Shown here: positions 39,245 through 49,573 of the stretch, piece after piece | Position numbering within the stretch: position 1 is the stretch's first letter | How the letters are laid out: every line of letters starts with the position of its first letter | Source: Candidatus Poribacteria bacterium | Lineage (GTDB): Bacteria > Poribacteria > WGA-4E > WGA-3G | DNA: 64,000 nt | Assembly (NCBI GenBank): GCA_965242965.1 | Contig: OZ251518.1 | Span: 4,544,001-4,608,000, forward strand | Direction of reading: 5' to 3' | Program-made: the position numbers and the translations under genes | Notes under the pieces: model-generated | The model's input: the letters and a program-made list of their open reading frames with translations, nothing else | What the model was told of the DNA's origin: nothing | The model's database searches: none

Positions 39245-39420
39245 TCCGTCATTACAAGTTTTTCTTCCTCAACCGCTTAACCGGTGCGCAACTTGAAGAA
39301 TTGCACACCACGCGAGGTAAGGCAGAGCGTCCTTCAGGGCCGAAGACTCCGCCCGAGCCGATTGCTCTGCCCAAAAAGTTACGGGTGGAGATTTTGCTTT
39401 CGTCGATGTATGCGCAGTAG
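39245..39420 (+). pseudogene. Possible DDE transposase fragment (IS1380-like)
   Basis: One frame reads RHYKFFFLNRLTGAQLEELHTTRGKAE, resembling the Y..RG..E catalytic region; weak. Confidence 0.2.
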
Positions 39421-40117
39421 GAGAATCAATAGAAAATTTGTGCAGATATGTGCAGGGAGGGTGGAAAGAGCATCAGCATCGTTTCGTGGGAACTAGGAGG
39501 ACTTGCAAGGGCGTGTGCATGAGTTCATAGCGCAATTTTCGGATTGTTCTCCGGAGTTGTGGGATGTAGGGCTTTCGCCGCTAGTAGTTGTGGCTGCCCG
39601 CGTTGGTGGAAAACCGCTTAATTTCTGAAATTCCATTGTCAGATCTACTTTATGAATGCATCTAATGTTGTTAACCATGTCCTCAATTATCATGTCTAAA
39701 AGCAAACTCCCCGTTCAACATCTTATTCGCTAGAATTCCCTAAGACTAACCCAACATTCCTAAAAGTTCACGGTAACGTAACCCTATACGACTGATATAC
39801 CCAATTTTGACTCGTTATCTTTTTTCTCAAAAACATCAATAGTATCCCAGTTTCTGTTCTGACTAGCAGACAAGGCTGTTACTTTTCAGGTTTTACCACG
39901 GCTAAATTCTGCCAAGTCAGGACGTTTTCCTCTTGTGAATCCTAAAGAGGAGACAAGAAACTGATATCAATGTTGTTTTTTGATGTTAATATTTCGATAA
40001 TGAATGCGAAAAAGATAAATTTGGTGTATTGCTGCATACGTTGTTAGTTGATGGAGGAGGAAATTCCCTATATTTTCGTGTTTTTCTAAGTTAATAGAGG
40101 AAAATTCGATTTTAAAC

Positions 40118-40271
40118 TTGACATCCGAGTAAATTTGTGGTATAATTAAGTCAGAATTGAAAAATAGTTCCGTAGAGCACGATTTGGCGCGGGCATCGAT
40201 TACCATACACGGTTAAAAATCTGAAATTTTTAGGAGAATTTCCTTGACATTTTCAGAAATATCGTGTATAA
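40118..40271 (+). promoter_or_regulatory. Two tandem consensus sigma70 promoters
   Basis: TTGACA-17-TATAAT at 40118-40146 and again at 40243-40271. Confidence 0.75.
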
Positions 40272-40608
40272 TTGATATACAGTGGATTTCGCGGTCGTTC
40301 CGAGACGGTTACGTTAGGATCGGCGATTGAAATTTTAGTATATTGGTTGCAGAGTGTTGGTGTTGATAGAGATGGATGAGATTGCACCGAAACGTACAGG
40401 ACGCTTTGTTAATTGGATGCAAGGATTTGCTGGTGCTGATAATAATGTGCAGCCCGATAATTGGCTAACTTTCGCGGAATTCTGATTTCATTTGAGATAC
40501 GTGGAACTAACCCCATAGGCACGCGTTGGGACAACTTAACTCCAAAAACGCGTCTAAGGGCAAATTTGGGTTCCGCATGGGTGCTATTTAGCATAAGGAG
40601 AAAAAGAA

Positions 40609-41034
40609 GTGAAAGGAACAAGAGAGAGGCTAGTTGAGTGGTTGGAAGAGAACCCTGACGGTTGGCTTACGGAGTCCTTCCAATCCATTGCCCGGCAAAC
40701 GGAGATGTCACCTGCTTCGGTGGATAGACATCTACCCGAGCTCGTCGCAGATCGCGAGGGTATCCTGCCATCTGAAGTTGTAAAACGGCGGCAAGAGGAA
40801 GGAAGTGGTGCTTCGCGGCGGCCTAAAGCGGATCGGGAGAAGATTCGTCAGATTATCGCGGAGAACCCAGGGGCTCCTGTGCGTGATCTGGCCTACCTGG
40901 CCAAATGCCATTGGAAGGTTATTGAGCAAGAGCTCAAGGCAAGCCAAACCAATGGGAATGCCAAAGAAATCCGCGAAATCAAGGCCCAGATTGCGCGGCT
41001 CGAGAAACGCCTGGCTGAATTATCATCGGCCTAG
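40609..41034 (+). CDS. Putative DNA-binding protein (two HTH-like segments plus coiled coil)
   Basis: SFQSIARQTEMSPASVDRHL and PVRDLAYLAKCHWKVI; TAAGGAG RBS, GTG start; hairpin GAGAACTG...CAGTTCTC downstream. Confidence 0.55.
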   Translation: MKGTRERLVEWLEENPDGWLTESFQSIARQTEMSPASVDRHLPELVADREGILPSEVVKRRQEEGSGASRRPKADREKIRQIIAENPGAPVRDLAYLAKCHWKVIEQELKASQTNGNAKEIREIKAQIARLEKRLAELSSA

Positions 41035-41222
41035 GCGCGCGTGGGAGAACTGTCCCTATTCAACAGGGTCAGTTCTCCTCTATCAACCTACATTGTTTCC
41101 ATTACGCGAGTGTTTGTCTGTCAGTTCAACGATTTGGACAGGGGCACTACAGCACGCTACTGATTAAATATAGGCGAAAAAATAAAACGTTTGTCACGGA
41201 CAATAAGGAGAAAAATAAGCAA

Positions 41223-41489
41223 ATGCAAAACTGCATTGGACACAGCCTGACAGAAAATTTTCGGGGTTTTTGCGATAAACTTCCGCGAGATGTTCAGAAA
41301 CGCGTCCTGCGGAAATTTAATCTGCTGCAGCAGAATCCAGGACACCCTTCTCTCCACTTGAAGAAGGTTGGGGTTTTCTGGTCAATGCGAATCAGCCAAA
41401 AATGTCGGGCCTTAGCGGTTGAAAACCAGGGAATTCTCGTCTGGCAGTGGATTGGAGGACACGACGAATACAAACGTCGAATCCGGTAA
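41223..41489 (+). CDS. RelE/ParE-superfamily toxin-like protein
   Basis: LP..VQ.....F.LL..NP.HPSL..KKVG..WS.RI...RALA...W.WIG.HDEY. Confidence 0.75.
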   Translation: MQNCIGHSLTENFRGFCDKLPRDVQKRVLRKFNLLQQNPGHPSLHLKKVGVFWSMRISQKCRALAVENQGILVWQWIGGHDEYKRRIR

Positions 41490-41677
41490 TCCAAATTCCC
41501 CGGACTGTTACGGACTATTTCCGTACTTATAACGAGAAGAGGGATGTGGGTTTTCCCTTAGAATGTAAGGGCGGATTTCTATATCTGCACGTTTCCCATG
41601 CAGGCGACAGGCGGATATGGCAATCCGCTCTTACGTTTGGGCGATGGAAAATTAAAACGGACTAGCATTGGTTTAAC

Positions 41678-42249
41678 TGAGGGTGTTTCATAAATTGCTC
41701 AACGTCGCGGTGACATGCCCCCACGAGAGGGTACAAAGAAGGGAAGTGTCGGTAGACACTCCCCAGTCTCAATAATACATCCCGGTAGGAGAGACCTCCC
41801 GGTCTCGATGCTTCAGGCACTCGCAAACGAGAGCGATGAGTCTATCCTACCGGTGGGGTGCGCCCGAGCCCTGTCGTTTCGGGTGCGCCCCACTTGTAGT
41901 TCATGCGCACCTGCACCTGAACTATTTGCAATCAGGCGATTGCAAACGACAGCGGGAGTCTTGATGTTTTCCCGATAGGCGGGACATCCCTGTCCCGATA
42001 CGCACCAAATCGAGACCAGGAGGTCTCTCCTACCAAGACATCGCTCGCATTGAGACTGGGAGGGCGCGCCGGAAAAAGAAAACAGCGCGCGTTGCCATCG
42101 GCCGAGGTCCCGGCACTCGCGACGCGCCGAGGGGTGCCCTCGGCAGGGATTCGTAGAGAAGTTGGGCTGCACTCCGTTCGCTTTTCTATCGGTATTCGCC
42201 TGCCCCCAATGGGCGATAAATACCGAAACGGATTTATGAAACACCCTCA
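41678..42249. mobile_element. MITE-like element copy B
   Basis: Perfect inverted ends; flanking direct repeat TTTAAC. Confidence 0.85.
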
Positions 42250-42426
42250 TTTAACTAGGCGTTTTCATATTCTGCAGGATCGGACGCGGAATTTCTCGGT
42301 AACTACAGTCACTTCCTTGGTTGATTTGATATTATCCTTACCACTCAAAAAAACTACATTTTTTCTTGCAAAATAATCCAAAATGATATATACTATTAAC
42401 TACAAAACGCTTAAGGACAAATCTAC

Positions 42427-42837
42427 ATGCTATTTAACTTCGCAAATGTGCTAATTTTCCTCGGGGTCGGCTGTCTCTTTGTCGTCCTCAACCTGACTAT
42501 CTCTCGCTTGCTACACACGAAGTTGTACTCGGGCGAGAAATATATCCCGTATGAATGCGGCGAAGACCCGGTAGGTGACACGCGCATCAAGTTCAATACG
42601 CGCTTTTACGTCATCGCGCTCATCTTCCTCATCTTTGATGTGGAAACCGTGTTCCTTTTCCCATGGGCAGTAGTTTTCCGAAAAATGGGAATGTTCGCCT
42701 TTTTGGAAATGCTGGTATTCATCGCTATCCTCTTAGTCGGACTCGCCTACGTCTGGGCGAAGGGCGATCTGGAGTGGATCCGCTCAACACAACTAGAGGT
42801 GCAATCCGTTCGGAGGGAAGAAACTCATGGTAATTGA
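42427..42837 (+). CDS. nuoA: NADH-quinone oxidoreductase subunit A
   Basis: YECG, FLIFDVE..FL.PWA, KG.LEW. Confidence 0.95.
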   Translation: MLFNFANVLIFLGVGCLFVVLNLTISRLLHTKLYSGEKYIPYECGEDPVGDTRIKFNTRFYVIALIFLIFDVETVFLFPWAVVFRKMGMFAFLEMLVFIAILLVGLAYVWAKGDLEWIRSTQLEVQSVRREETHGN

Positions 42838-43387
42838 TGAAAAACTTGACAAAAACGTCATCGTCACATCCGTTGATGCCGTCGCCAACTGGGCGCGTTC
42901 ATCCGCGCTCTGGCCGATGACGTTCGGACTCGCCTGCTGCGCAATTGAGTTCATGGCGGCGGCGGCTTCTAATTATGACTTGGACCGGTTCGGTGCCGGT
43001 GTGCCGCGCGCGACACCGCGCCAATCCGATCTGATGGTTATCTCAGGCACCGTAACGCTCAAAATGGCGACGCGGATCAAACGCCTCTATGAACAGATGC
43101 CCGAACCGAAATACGTCATCTCAATGGGCAGCTGCGCGACAAGCGGCGGTCCTTATTGGCAACACGGGTATCACGTCCTCAAAGGGGTCGACCGGATTAT
43201 ACCCGTTGACGTTTACGTGCCGGGCTGTCCGCCGCGTCCGGAGGCACTCATCGAAGGGTTGCTCAAGTTGCAGGAGAAGATTCGGACGCAGACCGTGGCG
43301 AAGCGCGCCCACGTGCCGTTCCTGAGAAGACTCTTTACTAAAACCGAGTGGTATCAGCATGAAGGCACAGAAGCGGCCGCGGAGTAA
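42827..43387 (+). CDS. nuoB: NADH-quinone oxidoreductase subunit B
   Basis: [28 protein letters not shown]. Confidence 0.96.
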   Translation: MVIDEKLDKNVIVTSVDAVANWARSSALWPMTFGLACCAIEFMAAAASNYDLDRFGAGVPRATPRQSDLMVISGTVTLKMATRIKRLYEQMPEPKYVISMGSCATSGGPYWQHGYHVLKGVDRIIPVDVYVPGCPPRPEALIEGLLKLQEKIRTQTVAKRAHVPFLRRLFTKTEWYQHEGTEAAAE

Positions 43388-43562
43388 TACCAAATGGCGG
43401 ATATCCTCTCGCATCTGTAGGGGGCACTCGCCCGATTGTGCCTTGTTTGAAATCAGGCGATTGCAAACTACAGAACCGAGGAACCCCTGTTTGAAATCAG
43501 GCGATTTCAAACTGCAGTGCCGAGGAACCCATATCCGTTCAGTTATGGAGAGAAGAAAACAC

Positions 43563-44048
43563 GTGAAACCCGAAGAAATTCATGAAATGCTATCCGAGCA
43601 GTTCGGCGAGGCAGTGCTCGGTTTTGACGCGGAACTCGCCGGCGACCCGAGTATTCGCATCGCCGCCGCTTCCATCGCCGATGTATGCGCCTATCTCGCC
43701 GAAACCGAGACGCTGGCGTTTGACTCTTTGATGTCGCTCAGCGGCGTAGATATCAACGCGCGCGATGAGGAATTCACCGTAGTCTATCACCTCTACTCGA
43801 TGCAACATCGGCAGAAGGTAGTCATCAAAGCGGTGGTGCCGAAAGAGGAACCGCACTTGCCAACCGTTGAGCATCTCTGGAAAACAGCGAATTGGCACGA
43901 GCGCGAGATTTATGACCTTTACGGTATCCACTTTGAGGGGCACAGCGATCTCCGTCGCATCTTACTCCCCGATGATTGGGAGGGGTATCCGTTGCGGAAG
44001 GATTACAAGGAGCCGGAATTCTATCGCGGGATGCGCGTGCCGTATTAA
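43563..44048 (+). CDS. nuoC: NADH-quinone oxidoreductase subunit C
   Basis: ANWHERE..D..G..F.GH.DLRRILLP..W.GYPLRKD; GTG start at 43563. Confidence 0.92.
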   Translation: MKPEEIHEMLSEQFGEAVLGFDAELAGDPSIRIAAASIADVCAYLAETETLAFDSLMSLSGVDINARDEEFTVVYHLYSMQHRQKVVIKAVVPKEEPHLPTVEHLWKTANWHEREIYDLYGIHFEGHSDLRRILLPDDWEGYPLRKDYKEPEFYRGMRVPY

Positions 44049-44099
44049 CTTCGTGATTTTGGCGCGCTTTTACAGCGCGCCTGCCGGTTTTTTGATAAC

Positions 44100-44966
44100 A
44101 TGCGCCGCAATTACCGCCTCCTCATCTTGCTATTCCCTGTCATCTTTTGGCTCATCTGCTTCTTTCTCATCCCGCTCCTGTCCGTATTCGCCTATAGTTT
44201 TATAGAACGCGGGACTTACGGCGGCGTGCAGTGGAACTTCACACTGGAGAACTATCAGCGGCTGTTTGACGGGCTCTACCTCGGCATCTTGTGGCGTTCA
44301 GTCTCCACGGCGATAGTGGCGACAGTTCTCTGTCTGATACTCGGCTATCCGTTCGCGTATTATCTGGCGCGGTATCAACCGAAACGGCGAAACGTGCTGT
44401 TATTGCTTGTCGTTGTCCCGTTTTGGACCAATTTTCTCATCCGCACCTACGCATGGATACTGATTTTACGGACAGAAGGCATTTTAAACAGCCTGCTGGC
44501 ATTTCTCGTCCCGAACTTCCAACCGTTGGAACTGCTCAACACGCCGATAGCCGTGCAGCTCGGGCTCGTCTACGGTTACCTGCCGTTTATGATTTTGCCG
44601 CTCTACGCCTCTCTGGAGCAGTTGGACCTGGGGTTAATGGAGGCGGCTCAAGATTTAGGTGCCTCACCGCGCCGCACCTTCTGGCATGTTACCGTACCGC
44701 TCAGCCTCCCCGGTATCCTCGCTGGCTCCATGTTGGTTTTCATCCCTACCGTCGGCGCGTTTATCACCCCAGATTTACTCGGCGGCGGGAAGGTGAGTTA
44801 CATCGGGAACGTCGTCGAACGGCAATTCAAATCGGCGCGAGATTGGCCGTTCGGTTCCGCGCTATCATTCATGCTGATGTGCATCGTGCTGGTGGGGACG
44901 GTGCTCTATTTCCGGGCACTTGGAAACCGAGATGAGGCGGTTGCGCCTACCGGAGAGGGACGATGA
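44100..44966 (+). CDS. potB: Spermidine/putrescine ABC transporter permease PotB-like
   Basis: PFWTNFLIRTYAW, EAAQDLGA loop, RDWPFGSA. Confidence 0.85.
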   Translation: MRRNYRLLILLFPVIFWLICFFLIPLLSVFAYSFIERGTYGGVQWNFTLENYQRLFDGLYLGILWRSVSTAIVATVLCLILGYPFAYYLARYQPKRRNVLLLLVVVPFWTNFLIRTYAWILILRTEGILNSLLAFLVPNFQPLELLNTPIAVQLGLVYGYLPFMILPLYASLEQLDLGLMEAAQDLGASPRRTFWHVTVPLSLPGILAGSMLVFIPTVGAFITPDLLGGGKVSYIGNVVERQFKSARDWPFGSALSFMLMCIVLVGTVLYFRALGNRDEAVAPTGEGR

Positions 44967-45736
44967 AACGCCTCCTTGAAATCAACATCTTCCTCGTTTT
45001 CCTCTTCCTCTACGTTCCGATTTTGGCAGTCGTCGCGTTTTCGTTTAACAGCGGTGAACAGACAGCGGTATGGCAAGGGTTCACATTTGAGTGGTATGCG
45101 GCGTTGTTTGAAGACGCGGACTTATGGCGCGCCTGCAGAAATAGTTTGATGGTAGCGGGTGCCGCGACGCTCATCGCCACCGTTATTGGGACGGCCACCG
45201 CGCTCGCTATTGAACGTTACCGATTTCGGTTTCGCGCAGCGTTAGTGCGATGTCTCTACCTCCCGATTATCATCCCCGACATCGTGCTGGCGATTGCATT
45301 GCTGTCCTTTTACGTGCAGACGCGCATTCCGCTCGGATTAACGTCCCTTATCATCGCGCACGGCGTTTTCAATATCGCCTACGTTACCATCGTCGTCAGG
45401 GCACGCTTGCAAGGTTACGATAACAGCGTTGAGGACGCGGCGTTGGACTTGGGTGCCACCGAATGGCAGACGTTTTGGCGGATTACACTGCCGCTCATCG
45501 CGCCGGGGATTATCGGCGGCGCATTGCTAGCGTTCACGCTTTCGATTGACGACTTCGTCATCACCTTCTTTACGGCAGGTGTCGGGTGGACAACGCTTTC
45601 GGTGCATATCTATTCGCTGCTCAAATTCGGCATCACGCCAAAAATCAACGCTATTTCAACGATGCTCCTCGTCAACTCGATCGTTTTTATCCTATTATTC
45701 TTGCGATTCAGAGAGAAAGACGCGCGAAACGGGTAG
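44963..45736 (+). CDS. potC: Spermidine/putrescine ABC transporter permease PotC-like
   Basis: FLYVPI, DAALDLGA, FTLSIDDFVITFF, P.INA.ST. Confidence 0.85.
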   Translation: MKRLLEINIFLVFLFLYVPILAVVAFSFNSGEQTAVWQGFTFEWYAALFEDADLWRACRNSLMVAGAATLIATVIGTATALAIERYRFRFRAALVRCLYLPIIIPDIVLAIALLSFYVQTRIPLGLTSLIIAHGVFNIAYVTIVVRARLQGYDNSVEDAALDLGATEWQTFWRITLPLIAPGIIGGALLAFTLSIDDFVITFFTAGVGWTTLSVHIYSLLKFGITPKINAISTMLLVNSIVFILLFLRFREKDARNG

Positions 45737-45920
45737 AAAAAACACCGTAGCGCGGGGGGCCTCGGATGCCACACGCGCATCCGAGAGGGTTTCCCCCGCA
45801 ATCGCGAAAGACGCGCGAAACGGTTAGGCAAAAAACTCACCGTAGCGCGGGGGCCCTCGGATGCCACACGCGCATCCGAGAGGGTTTCCCCCGCGAGCGC
45901 GAAAGACGCGCGAAACGGTT
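45716..45920. repeat. Two direct copies of an extended-loop REP unit
   Basis: CCGTAGCGCGGGGGCCCTCGGATGCCACACGCGCATCCGAGAGGGTTTCCCCCGC twice, each flanked by AAAGACGCGCGAAACGG. Confidence 0.85.
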
Positions 45921-45954
45921 ACGAAAAAAACGCTATCTGTGGTATCATATATCC

Positions 45955-47055
45955 ATGACGACATTTTCCCGGACGTGGATAGAAATAGACTTGCAGGCAA
46001 TTGTGGCGAACGCAACTGCAATCAAATCGCACACCGGCACTCGCCTCATCGCCGTTATCAAGGCGGATGCTTACGGACACGGCGCGGTCCGCGTCGCACA
46101 GGCACTGCACGAAATCGCCGATATGTTCGCCATTGCCACGGTGGCAGAAGGAATTGAGCTGCGCAATGCCGGCATTCGCAAGCCGATTTTCGTCTTGTTC
46201 AGTCCTCTCCCAGAATTGGCGGCGGAGATTGTCGCACATCAATTGATTCCGGCGATTGACAATTGGCAGTTGGCGCAGCGGTTAAACGAAATTGAACCGG
46301 TAGGCGCGCTTTCAAATCACGCTGTGCATGTTGACATTAACACCGGCATGCACCGAAGTGGTGTCCATTGGACAGAGGCGAAAGCGTTTTTGGACAGATT
46401 GAAGACGCTAAACCAACTTGAAATTAAAGGCATTTTTACACATTTCGCAACGGCTGACGAGGCGGACAAAAGTTACGCCTACCTGCAATTGGAGCGGTTC
46501 TCCACAGTGTATTGTAGGCGCGCGCGCCCAGGCGCGATAATGGTTCACGCGGCGAACAGTGCAGCAACGTTAACAATACCAGAAGCGCGTTTTGATGCCG
46601 TTCGTCCCGGCTTAAGTCTTTACGGTATCTATCCATCAACAGAAAAACCGATTCCGTTGCAGCCGGCCCTCACGTGGAAAGCGCGCGTCGGATGGGTAGG
46701 CTGGATTGAGGCAGGCGAAGGCGTGAGTTATGGGTTGACGTATCGCGCCGCTAACCGCACGCGCATCGCGACATTGCAAGTAGGCTACGGGGACGGATAT
46801 CCGCGCGCGCTGTCTAACCGCGCCCACGTCTTAATCAACGGCAAACGCCGTCCGATTATCGGACGCATTTGCATGGACGTGACGCTCATCCAACTCAAAC
46901 CTTCAGATGACGTTTCCATCGGTGACGAAGCCGTGCTAATCGGAAAACAGGGAGACGCTGAAATCGGCATTGATGAGGTTGCCGCCCGCGCAGATACGAT
47001 TTCATATCACATTCTCACACAGATAAGCAGACGCGTTGCACGAAACTACGTGTAA
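45955..47055 (+). CDS. alr: Alanine racemase
   Basis: AVIKADAYGHG PLP-lysine motif, TGMHR.G, GYGDG, GRICMD; start at MTTFS. Confidence 0.95.
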   Translation: MTTFSRTWIEIDLQAIVANATAIKSHTGTRLIAVIKADAYGHGAVRVAQALHEIADMFAIATVAEGIELRNAGIRKPIFVLFSPLPELAAEIVAHQLIPAIDNWQLAQRLNEIEPVGALSNHAVHVDINTGMHRSGVHWTEAKAFLDRLKTLNQLEIKGIFTHFATADEADKSYAYLQLERFSTVYCRRARPGAIMVHAANSAATLTIPEARFDAVRPGLSLYGIYPSTEKPIPLQPALTWKARVGWVGWIEAGEGVSYGLTYRAANRTRIATLQVGYGDGYPRALSNRAHVLINGKRRPIIGRICMDVTLIQLKPSDDVSIGDEAVLIGKQGDAEIGIDEVAARADTISYHILTQISRRVARNYV

Positions 47056-47105
47056 GGGAGAATGGCTATAGCCTCCCTTCAATACGTCCTTACCTATCAC
47101 AAAAA

Positions 47106-48032
47106 ATGGTAATCACACTCAATAATCTATCTGTCTCTTATGGCACTCGCCCGGCGTTGGACTCACTCTCCCTGGAAGTAAAGGGAGGTGCCATCGGCCT
47201 CCTCGGTCCGAACGGTGCCGGCAAAAGCACGCTGCTGAAGACGCTGCTCGGCTTTGTTTCTCCAACCGAGGGAAGCGCGTCTATCTTCGGCATGGATGTC
47301 CAAACGCACACTTTGGACATCCGCCAGCAAATCGGCTATATGCCCGAAGACGAATGCTTAATTCCGGGGATGAGTGCCGTGCAATTGGTGGCTTACGCTG
47401 GAGAATTATGCGGTATGCCATCACGAGATGCCATGCAACGCGCCCACGAAGTCCTCTATTACGTCGGCGTTGATGAAGAACGCTACCGTCCAGTCGGCGA
47501 ATACTCAACAGGGATGAAACAGCGGGTGAAACTTGCGCAGGCACTCGTGCATGATGCCAAGTTGCTGTTCCTCGATGAACCCACCAACGGCATGGATACG
47601 AGTGGGCGCGAGGAGATGATCGCGCTTGTGAAAGACATTTCCGCCGACAAAGGTATTAATACCATTTTGTCATCGCACTTATTGCCAGATGTGGAAACGG
47701 CGTGTGAGGAGGTTATCGCGCTGCACGATGGACGCGTCGTCGTCCACGGCAATATTGAGGCACTGAAGAAACAACACTACCGCGCGTTCGATCTGAAGAT
47801 TGTCGGTAATAGCGAAACTTACGTGCGCGCGTTGGAACGCAATCAATACCTAGCTGAACTCAAACCGGGGGGCAGACTCCGAGTCACCACCCGTGAAGAC
47901 GCACGGACAGATGAACCAGACCCGAGATGCTTTTTCAGATTGGCATTAGAGCACGGTGTCCAACTACGTCAACTCCGCGAGGTGAAGCATTCGCTTGAGG
48001 ATATCTTCGCCGAGGCGATGGGTGTAGAGTGA
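47106..48032 (+). CDS. ABC transporter ATP-binding protein
   Basis: GPNGAGKST, YSTGMKQR, LFLDEP, SSH. Confidence 0.93.
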   Translation: MVITLNNLSVSYGTRPALDSLSLEVKGGAIGLLGPNGAGKSTLLKTLLGFVSPTEGSASIFGMDVQTHTLDIRQQIGYMPEDECLIPGMSAVQLVAYAGELCGMPSRDAMQRAHEVLYYVGVDEERYRPVGEYSTGMKQRVKLAQALVHDAKLLFLDEPTNGMDTSGREEMIALVKDISADKGINTILSSHLLPDVETACEEVIALHDGRVVVHGNIEALKKQHYRAFDLKIVGNSETYVRALERNQYLAELKPGGRLRVTTREDARTDEPDPRCFFRLALEHGVQLRQLREVKHSLEDIFAEAMGVE

Positions 48033-49171
48033 TTTTGAAAGTCTTGCTCATTGTTCTCATCGCTCTTTACCTATGCGCCGCTGGTTTTCCCAGGCGCGCC
48101 GCCGCTGACGAGAAACTCCGCATCGTTGGCATGGGCGGCACCCGCATCGCGACGCGCGCAGCGGACGCGGGTATCTTTGGCAACCCGGCATCGTTAGTTC
48201 ACGTCCAAAACCATCATCTCGCCTTCGGCATTGCCACCGAAAATCTGCGCTGGGGAGAACTCCCCAAACAGAAACGCGAACAACTCGTCGCCGAAGCGGG
48301 CATCGACGTTTACCCGACAACCTACTACTCGCACGCTTTTGGGAAGTGGGGGATTAGCATCGGCTACGCGGCGACGTTCACCAATTTTGCGAATTTCACG
48401 TTTGATGCGACTCAAGCCGAATATGATAGGAACAACCGCCGGTTTTCTGCACAGACAGATTTAAACACAGAATACGCTTTGTTCCGTGAAGGACGGTGGG
48501 TGCTATGCCTCGGACGCGAGATTGGAAAAACGCTGGCAGGGGCACGGCTCAAGTGGATAACGCAAAATGTGCGGCGCGGCACGCTGGTGTCTACCCTAGA
48601 TTTAGCGGCGCGCCACGGGCCAGACGTAGACACTCGCGCGCCGGAACAATTCATTCCGGCAATCGTTGAGGCGTTGCAATTCGGGGACAGGGTTCGCGAT
48701 ATTCTCCACGAAAACCAGCCCGAAATGGATAGCACAGCCGGCAGGTTGGAATTTGATGTCGGGTTTCAGCGCGATGTCCAAGTCCCACGTCTCAAACCGA
48801 TACAGGTAGGCGTGCTTTTTGAAAATCTCCTGCGGGCAGATTTAGTTGAACCGCTGCCGTTCAGGCTCGGCATTGGAATCGCATATCAACCTTTGGAATC
48901 GATAACTCTCGCCGCTGATGTCTCGCGCACGACAGGAGAAAGCGGGGTGGACTGGGCAATCGGCGCGGAATGCCACACCGGAGAATGGAAAACCAATTTC
49001 GCGGCGGCTCTCCGCATTGGCGCGGGCAGGGTTGCAGTAGCGAACCATTTTTCTATCGGCATCGCTTTGCGGCTTGGCACGCTTTGGACAGAATATACTT
49101 TGCGCAGTCCGTTCACAAGTATTCCGATTACAGAGGCGCATCACTTGTTCGCATTTACGTTGCATTGGTAG
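48029..49171 (+). CDS. Putative outer-membrane beta-barrel protein (PorV/FadL/TraF-like)
   Basis: Signal peptide, GMGG....A.....GNPA, amphipathic strands, terminal Trp. Confidence 0.6.
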   Translation: MILKVLLIVLIALYLCAAGFPRRAAADEKLRIVGMGGTRIATRAADAGIFGNPASLVHVQNHHLAFGIATENLRWGELPKQKREQLVAEAGIDVYPTTYYSHAFGKWGISIGYAATFTNFANFTFDATQAEYDRNNRRFSAQTDLNTEYALFREGRWVLCLGREIGKTLAGARLKWITQNVRRGTLVSTLDLAARHGPDVDTRAPEQFIPAIVEALQFGDRVRDILHENQPEMDSTAGRLEFDVGFQRDVQVPRLKPIQVGVLFENLLRADLVEPLPFRLGIGIAYQPLESITLAADVSRTTGESGVDWAIGAECHTGEWKTNFAAALRIGAGRVAVANHFSIGIALRLGTLWTEYTLRSPFTSIPITEAHHLFAFTLHW

Positions 49172-49187
49172 ATATTTTCCGTTGGCT

Positions 49188-49558
49188 GTAGGGCGAGGGC
49201 CTGTCCCTCGCCAGGCTGAAACCGCACCCAATACCGTAGGGCGAGGGCCTGTCCCTCGCCATGCTGCGATCGCGGGGGAAACCGCTCGGATGCGCGTTTG
49301 GCATCCGAGGGCCCCCGCGCTACGGTAACTTGACGCACTCGCCATGCATGAGTAACCATTCTCCGGTGTCCGTAGGGCGAGGGCCTGTCCCTCGCCGTGC
49401 CACGATCGCGGGGGACAGGCCCCCGCGCTACGGTAACCGAGACGAACGCGGGGGACAGGCCCCCGCGCTACGGTAACTTGACAATCGCAGGGACAGGCCC
49501 CCGCGCTACGGTAACCGAGACGCTCGCGGGGGACAGGCCCCCGCGCTACGGTAACTTG
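49188..49558. repeat. REP cluster ending in four tandem ~36-37 bp units
   Basis: CGC(G/A)GGGACAGGCCCCCGCGCTACGGTAAC four times plus inverted GTAGGGCGAGGGCCTGTCCCTCGCC copies. Confidence 0.9.
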
Positions 49559-49573
49559 ATGGAGGAAACAGAC

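Noticed and set aside
49405-49558. Second CRISPR-like array
   Set aside because: Linkers are only about 7-10 bp and alternate; same REP unit.
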